A stretch of DNA of 64,000 nucleotides from an uncultured delta proteobacterium. GTDB taxonomy: Bacteria; Myxococcota; Myxococcia; Myxococcales; Anaeromyxobacteraceae. The DNA lies in NCBI GenBank assembly GCA_963766715.1, contig CAVYBH010000008.1, forward strand, positions 672,001 through 736,000, in the 5' to 3' direction. The notes beneath the pieces are model-generated. The model did no database searches and was not told the origin of the DNA. It saw only the letters and a list, made by a program, of their open reading frames with translations. Below, piece after piece: positions 59,946-64,000 of this stretch (position 1 is its first letter; each line of letters starts with the position of its first letter). Position numbers and translations under genes: made by a program.

Positions 59946-61268
59946 ATGCGGACCTCCTCCGAGAGCCGCGTCTTCGATCCGGCAGAGGTCCTGCCGCGCG
60001 AACAGCTGCGGGCCCTCCAGCTGGCGCGCCTGCGCGACTCGCTCGCCCGGGCCGCCACCCTTCCCTACTACGAGCGGGCGCTGCACGCCGCGGGCGTCTC
60101 TCCCCCGGACCTCCGTTCCCCCGACGAGGTGGGTCGCCTCCCCTTCACCACCAAGGCCGACCTGCGCGCCCACTACCCGCTCGGGCTGGTCACCGTCCCG
60201 CGCGCCGAGATCGCCCGGGTCCACGGATCGTCCGGGACCACCGGGCGGCCCACCTTCGTGGCCTACACCCGCGGGGATCTGGAGACCTGGTCCGGGCTGT
60301 GCGCCCGCTTCCTGGTCGCGGGGGGCCTGCGCCCCGAGCACCTGGTCCACGTGGCCTTCGGCTACGGCCTCTTCACCGGCGGCTTCGGGCTGCACCAGGG
60401 CATCGAGCGGGTGGGCGCGGGCATCGTGCCGGTCGCGGGCGGGAACACCCCCCGCCAGGTGATGCTGCTGCGCGACCTGCGGCCGGACGTGCTGGTGTGC
60501 ACGCCCAGCTACGCGCTGCACATCGCCGAGGTGGCGCGCGCCGACGGCGGCGACCCGCGCGACCTGGGGCTGTCGCTCGGCCACTTCGGCGGCGAGCCCT
60601 GGACCGAGGAGATGCGCGTCGAGATCGAGCGCGAGCTCGCCATCCGGGCGTTCAACAACTACGGCCTCTCCGAGGTGATCGGTCCCGGCGTCTCCGGCGA
60701 GTGCGCGGCCCGGGCCGGCATGCACGTGGCCGAGGACCACTTCCTCGTCGAGTGCCTCGACCCCGTCACCCTGCGCCCGGTGCCGGACGGCGCGGTGGGC
60801 GAGCTGGTCTTCACCAGCCTGACCAAGGAGGCCATGCCGATCGTCCGCTACCGCACGCGGGACCTGGCCTCCCTCGACCGCTCGCCCTGCGCCTGCGGCC
60901 GCACCGGCGTCCGGATGAGCCGGGTGGTGGGGCGCTCCGACGACATGTTCATCGTCCGGGGCGTGAACGTCTTCCCGTCCCAGATCGAGGAGGCGCTGCT
61001 CCGGGTGGAGGGGGCCGCGCCCCACTACCTGATCGAGATCGCCCGGCCCGGCACCCTGGACGAGGCGGTGGTGCGGGTGGAGATCCGTCCGGGCGACTTC
61101 TCCGACGAGATGCGCCAGATGGTGGCCCTGCGGGACCGCATCGACCACGAGATCCACTCCATCACCGGGATCCGGATGACCATCGAGCTGGTGGCGCCGA
61201 ACTCGATCGACCGGAGCGAGGGGAAGGCGCGCCGCGTCATCGACCACCGGCAGCTTCGCCCCGCCTGA
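59946..61268 (+). CDS. paaK: Phenylacetate-CoA ligase family (second paralog)
   Basis: [46 protein letters not shown]. Confidence 0.92.
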   Translation: MRTSSESRVFDPAEVLPREQLRALQLARLRDSLARAATLPYYERALHAAGVSPPDLRSPDEVGRLPFTTKADLRAHYPLGLVTVPRAEIARVHGSSGTTGRPTFVAYTRGDLETWSGLCARFLVAGGLRPEHLVHVAFGYGLFTGGFGLHQGIERVGAGIVPVAGGNTPRQVMLLRDLRPDVLVCTPSYALHIAEVARADGGDPRDLGLSLGHFGGEPWTEEMRVEIERELAIRAFNNYGLSEVIGPGVSGECAARAGMHVAEDHFLVECLDPVTLRPVPDGAVGELVFTSLTKEAMPIVRYRTRDLASLDRSPCACGRTGVRMSRVVGRSDDMFIVRGVNVFPSQIEEALLRVEGAAPHYLIEIARPGTLDEAVVRVEIRPGDFSDEMRQMVALRDRIDHEIHSITGIRMTIELVAPNSIDRSEGKARRVIDHRQLRPA

Positions 61269-61354
61269 GCCCTCCCCCGAACGACGCCCCTGCTGCGGAC
61301 CCGGGCTTCGATCGGGTATCCTGCGCGGTCCCGTTTCCCTCCGCCGGAGGCCTC

Positions 61355-62497
61355 ATGCGCATCGCCCGTCCCGCCGTCCTCGCCGCCCTCCTCCTCCTCG
61401 CCCGGGGCAGCCCCGCCGCGGCCGCCGAGGACGTGAAGATCGGCGCGCTCCTCTCGGTGACCGGCCCGGCGGCCTTCCTGGGCGCGCCCGAGGCCCGCAC
61501 GCTGGAGATGCTGGCGGAGCAGGTGAACGCCCGGGGCGGCATCGCCGGCCACAAGGTGAAGCTCATCGTGAAGGACACCGGCGGCTCGCCGGAGAAGGCC
61601 GTCTCCTTCGCCCGCCAGCTCATCGACGAGGAGAAGGTCTTCGCCATCCTGGGGCCGTCCACCTCGGGCGAGACCATGGCCGTGAAGAACATCGCCGAGG
61701 AGGGCAAGACCCCGCTCATCTCGCTGGCGGCGGCCGAGGTGATCGTGAACCCGGTGGCGCCGAACGTCTTCAAGACGGCGCAGAAGGACAGCCACGCCGC
61801 GGCGCTCATCTTCCAGGACATGAAGAAGCGCGGCATCACCCGCATCGCCGTCTTCTCCTCCAACACCGGCTTCGGCAAGGCCGGCAAGGAGCAGATCGCC
61901 AGGCTCGCCCCGGAGTACGGGATCCAGATCGTCCTCGACGAGGTCTACGACAAGGCCGCCACCGACCTCTCCGCCGAGGCCACCAAGCTCAAGGGCTCGA
62001 ACGCCCAGGCGGTGCTCAACTGGTCCATCGAGCCGGCCCAGTCGATCCTGGTGAAGAACATCCGGCAGCTGGGGATCGCCATCCCGATCTACCAGAGCCA
62101 CGGGTTCGGGAACCTGGCCTACGTGAAGGCGGCCGGCCCGGCCGCCGAGGGCGTCATCTTCCCCCTCGGGCGCCTGCTGGTCGCCGACGCGCTCCCGGCC
62201 GGCCACCCGCAGAAGGCGGTGCTCGTCGCCTACCGCGACGCCTACCAGAAGAAGTACGGCGAGGAGGTGAGCGGCTTCGGCGGCTACGCCTGGGACGGCT
62301 TCCAGCTGCTCGCGCTCGCCATCGAGAAGGCGGGGCTCGACCGGGCCAAGGTGCGCGCCGCGCTCGAGTCGACCCAGGGGTTCGTCGGGCAGAGCGGCGT
62401 CTTCCGCTTCTCGCCGGCCGACCACAACGGCCTCGGGATGGACTCCTTCGAGATGCTCACCGTGAAGGACGGCAAGTTCGTCCTGCTCGCCAAGTGA
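61355..62497 (+). CDS. ABC transporter substrate-binding protein (LivK/aromatic-acid type) 1
   Basis: Signal peptide; KIGALLSVTGPAAFLG, VNARGGI, GPSTSGET, QSHG, FSPADHNG. Confidence 0.9.
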   Translation: MRIARPAVLAALLLLARGSPAAAAEDVKIGALLSVTGPAAFLGAPEARTLEMLAEQVNARGGIAGHKVKLIVKDTGGSPEKAVSFARQLIDEEKVFAILGPSTSGETMAVKNIAEEGKTPLISLAAAEVIVNPVAPNVFKTAQKDSHAAALIFQDMKKRGITRIAVFSSNTGFGKAGKEQIARLAPEYGIQIVLDEVYDKAATDLSAEATKLKGSNAQAVLNWSIEPAQSILVKNIRQLGIAIPIYQSHGFGNLAYVKAAGPAAEGVIFPLGRLLVADALPAGHPQKAVLVAYRDAYQKKYGEEVSGFGGYAWDGFQLLALAIEKAGLDRAKVRAALESTQGFVGQSGVFRFSPADHNGLGMDSFEMLTVKDGKFVLLAK

Positions 62498-62508
62498 GGA
62501 GCGGCGCC

Positions 62509-63651
62509 ATGAACTCCCGCCTGCGGACCCTGGTCCTCGTCGCCGCGGCTTCCTTCCCGGCCGCCTCGCTCGCCGCCCCCGAGCCCATCAAGGTGGGCGC
62601 GCTGCTGGCCGTCACCGGGCCGGCCTCGTTCCTCGGCGCTCCGGAGGCCAGGACGCTCGAGATGCGCGTCCAGGAGCTGAACGCGAAGGGCGGCGTGGGC
62701 GGGCGCCCGATCCAGCTCGTCCTCAAGGACACGGGGGCGAGCCCCGAGAAGGCCGTCTCCTTCGCCCGCCAGCTCATCGAGGAGGAGAAGGTCTTCGCCA
62801 TCATCGGGCCGTCCACCTCCGGGGAGTCGATGGCGGTGAAGGCGCTGGCCGAGGAGGGCAAGACGCTCCTGCTCTCCGCCGCGGCCGCCGAGGCCATCGT
62901 GACCCCGGTGCTCCCGCACGTCTTCAAGGTGGCGCCCAAGGACAGCTTCGCCGTCGAGGTGATCTTCCAGCGCATGAAGAAGACGGGCATCACCCGCATC
63001 GGGCTCCTCTCCTCCAACACCGGGTTCGGCAAGGGCGGCAAGGAGCAGGTGGAGCGGCTCGCGCCCCAGTACGGCATCACGCTGGCCGTGAACGACGTCT
63101 ACGACAAGAACGCCACCGACCTGACCGCCGAGGTCACCAAGCTGAAGGCCGCCGGCGTCCAGGCCGTCCTCAACTGGTCGATCGAGCCGGCCCAGTCGAT
63201 CGTGGTGAAGAACGTCCGGCAGCTGGGCCTCGCCATCCCCATCTTCCAGAGCCACGGGTTCGCCAACCTCCAGTACGTGAAGGCCGCCGGGAGCGCCGCC
63301 GAGGGCGTCATCTTCCCGGCCAGCCGCATCGTGGTGGCCGACCAGCTTCCGGCCGGCAATCCGCAGAAGCCGGTGGTCGAGGCCTACCGGAAGGCCTACG
63401 AGGCGCGCTACGGCGAGGACGTCTCCACCTTCGGCGGCCACGCCTGGGACGCCCTCGGCATCCTGGTGGCGGCCATCGAGAAGGCCGGGCCCGACCGGGA
63501 GAAGGTGCGGACCGCCGTGGAGGGCATGAAGGGCTTCGTGGGAACCGCCGGCGTCTTCAACTTCTCGCCCACCGACCACAACGGGCTCGACATCGGGGCC
63601 TTCGAGCTCTGCACGGTGAAGAACGGCCGCTTCGTCCCGCTCGGGAGCTGA
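62509..63651 (+). CDS. ABC transporter substrate-binding protein (LivK/aromatic-acid type) 2
   Basis: Close tandem paralog of the preceding gene (shared SPEKAVSFARQLI.EEKVFAI, VLNWSIEPAQSI). Confidence 0.9.
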   Translation: MNSRLRTLVLVAAASFPAASLAAPEPIKVGALLAVTGPASFLGAPEARTLEMRVQELNAKGGVGGRPIQLVLKDTGASPEKAVSFARQLIEEEKVFAIIGPSTSGESMAVKALAEEGKTLLLSAAAAEAIVTPVLPHVFKVAPKDSFAVEVIFQRMKKTGITRIGLLSSNTGFGKGGKEQVERLAPQYGITLAVNDVYDKNATDLTAEVTKLKAAGVQAVLNWSIEPAQSIVVKNVRQLGLAIPIFQSHGFANLQYVKAAGSAAEGVIFPASRIVVADQLPAGNPQKPVVEAYRKAYEARYGEDVSTFGGHAWDALGILVAAIEKAGPDREKVRTAVEGMKGFVGTAGVFNFSPTDHNGLDIGAFELCTVKNGRFVPLGS

Positions 63652-63675
63652 GCCGCGCGCGGCGACCCCGGCCCC

Positions 63676-64000
63676 ATGTCCATCGACCTCGCCCTCCAGT
63701 ACCTCGTCGCCGGGCTGACGTACGGGTCGATCTACGCGGTCGTCGCGATCGGCTTCAACATCGTCTACAGCGCCACCGGCATCATCAACTTCGCCCAGGG
63801 CGAGTTCGTGATGCTGGGCGGCATGCTGGCCGTCTCGCTGGCGCGGTTCGTCCCGCTGCCGCTGGCGATCGCCGGCGCGGTGGCGGCCACCGCCGCGGTC
63901 GGCGCGCTGGTCGAGATCTCGCTGCTGCGCTGGCTCTGGAAGCCCACGGTACTGCGCATGGTGGTCATCACCATCGGCGCCTCGATCCTCCTCCGGGAGG
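63676..64000 (+). CDS. livH: Branched-chain amino acid-type ABC permease (LivH-like), 3'-truncated
   Basis: GLTYGSIYAVVAIGFNIVYSATGIINFAQGEFVMLG. Confidence 0.88.
   Translation, partial: MSIDLALQYLVAGLTYGSIYAVVAIGFNIVYSATGIINFAQGEFVMLGGMLAVSLARFVPLPLAIAGAVAATAAVGALVEISLLRWLWKPTVLRMVVITIGASILLRE

Overview
Very GC-rich bacterial chromosomal segment. Gene content and small conserved proteins suggest a Myxococcota/Anaeromyxobacter-like organism (inference only). Most of it is housekeeping and metabolism: the 3' part of metH, a czcCBA-type RND efflux system, dnaB, thiE/thiD, an HtrA protease, bioA/bioD, a YgiQ radical SAM enzyme, thiolase, tatBC, PBP1A, RluA, etfBA, gdhA, ptb-buk, and iorAB-paaK-ACT-paaK-liv ABC. 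The standout is a ~12 kb operon at ~17.9-30.0 kb, hidden by many single-base frameshifts. It encodes a ~2,100-aa MnxG-type (Mn(II)-oxidase-like) multicopper oxidase with an unusual nested-duplicated insertion, then a YncE-like beta-propeller protein, two SCO/SenC copper chaperones, a Cys-containing hypothetical protein and a cytochrome c/substrate-binding-protein fusion. An FNR/CRP-like palindrome lies upstream. A second module at 43.5-46.3 kb holds an ECF sigma factor with a C-terminal RCD motif and two matching back-to-back promoters, doxX, a CusF-like lipoprotein, a pore-only ion-channel-like protein and TerC. Many genes carry 1-bp indels typical of long-read assembly error, so boundaries of frameshifted genes are approximate. 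No rRNA, tRNA, CRISPR array, integrase or transposase was recognised.
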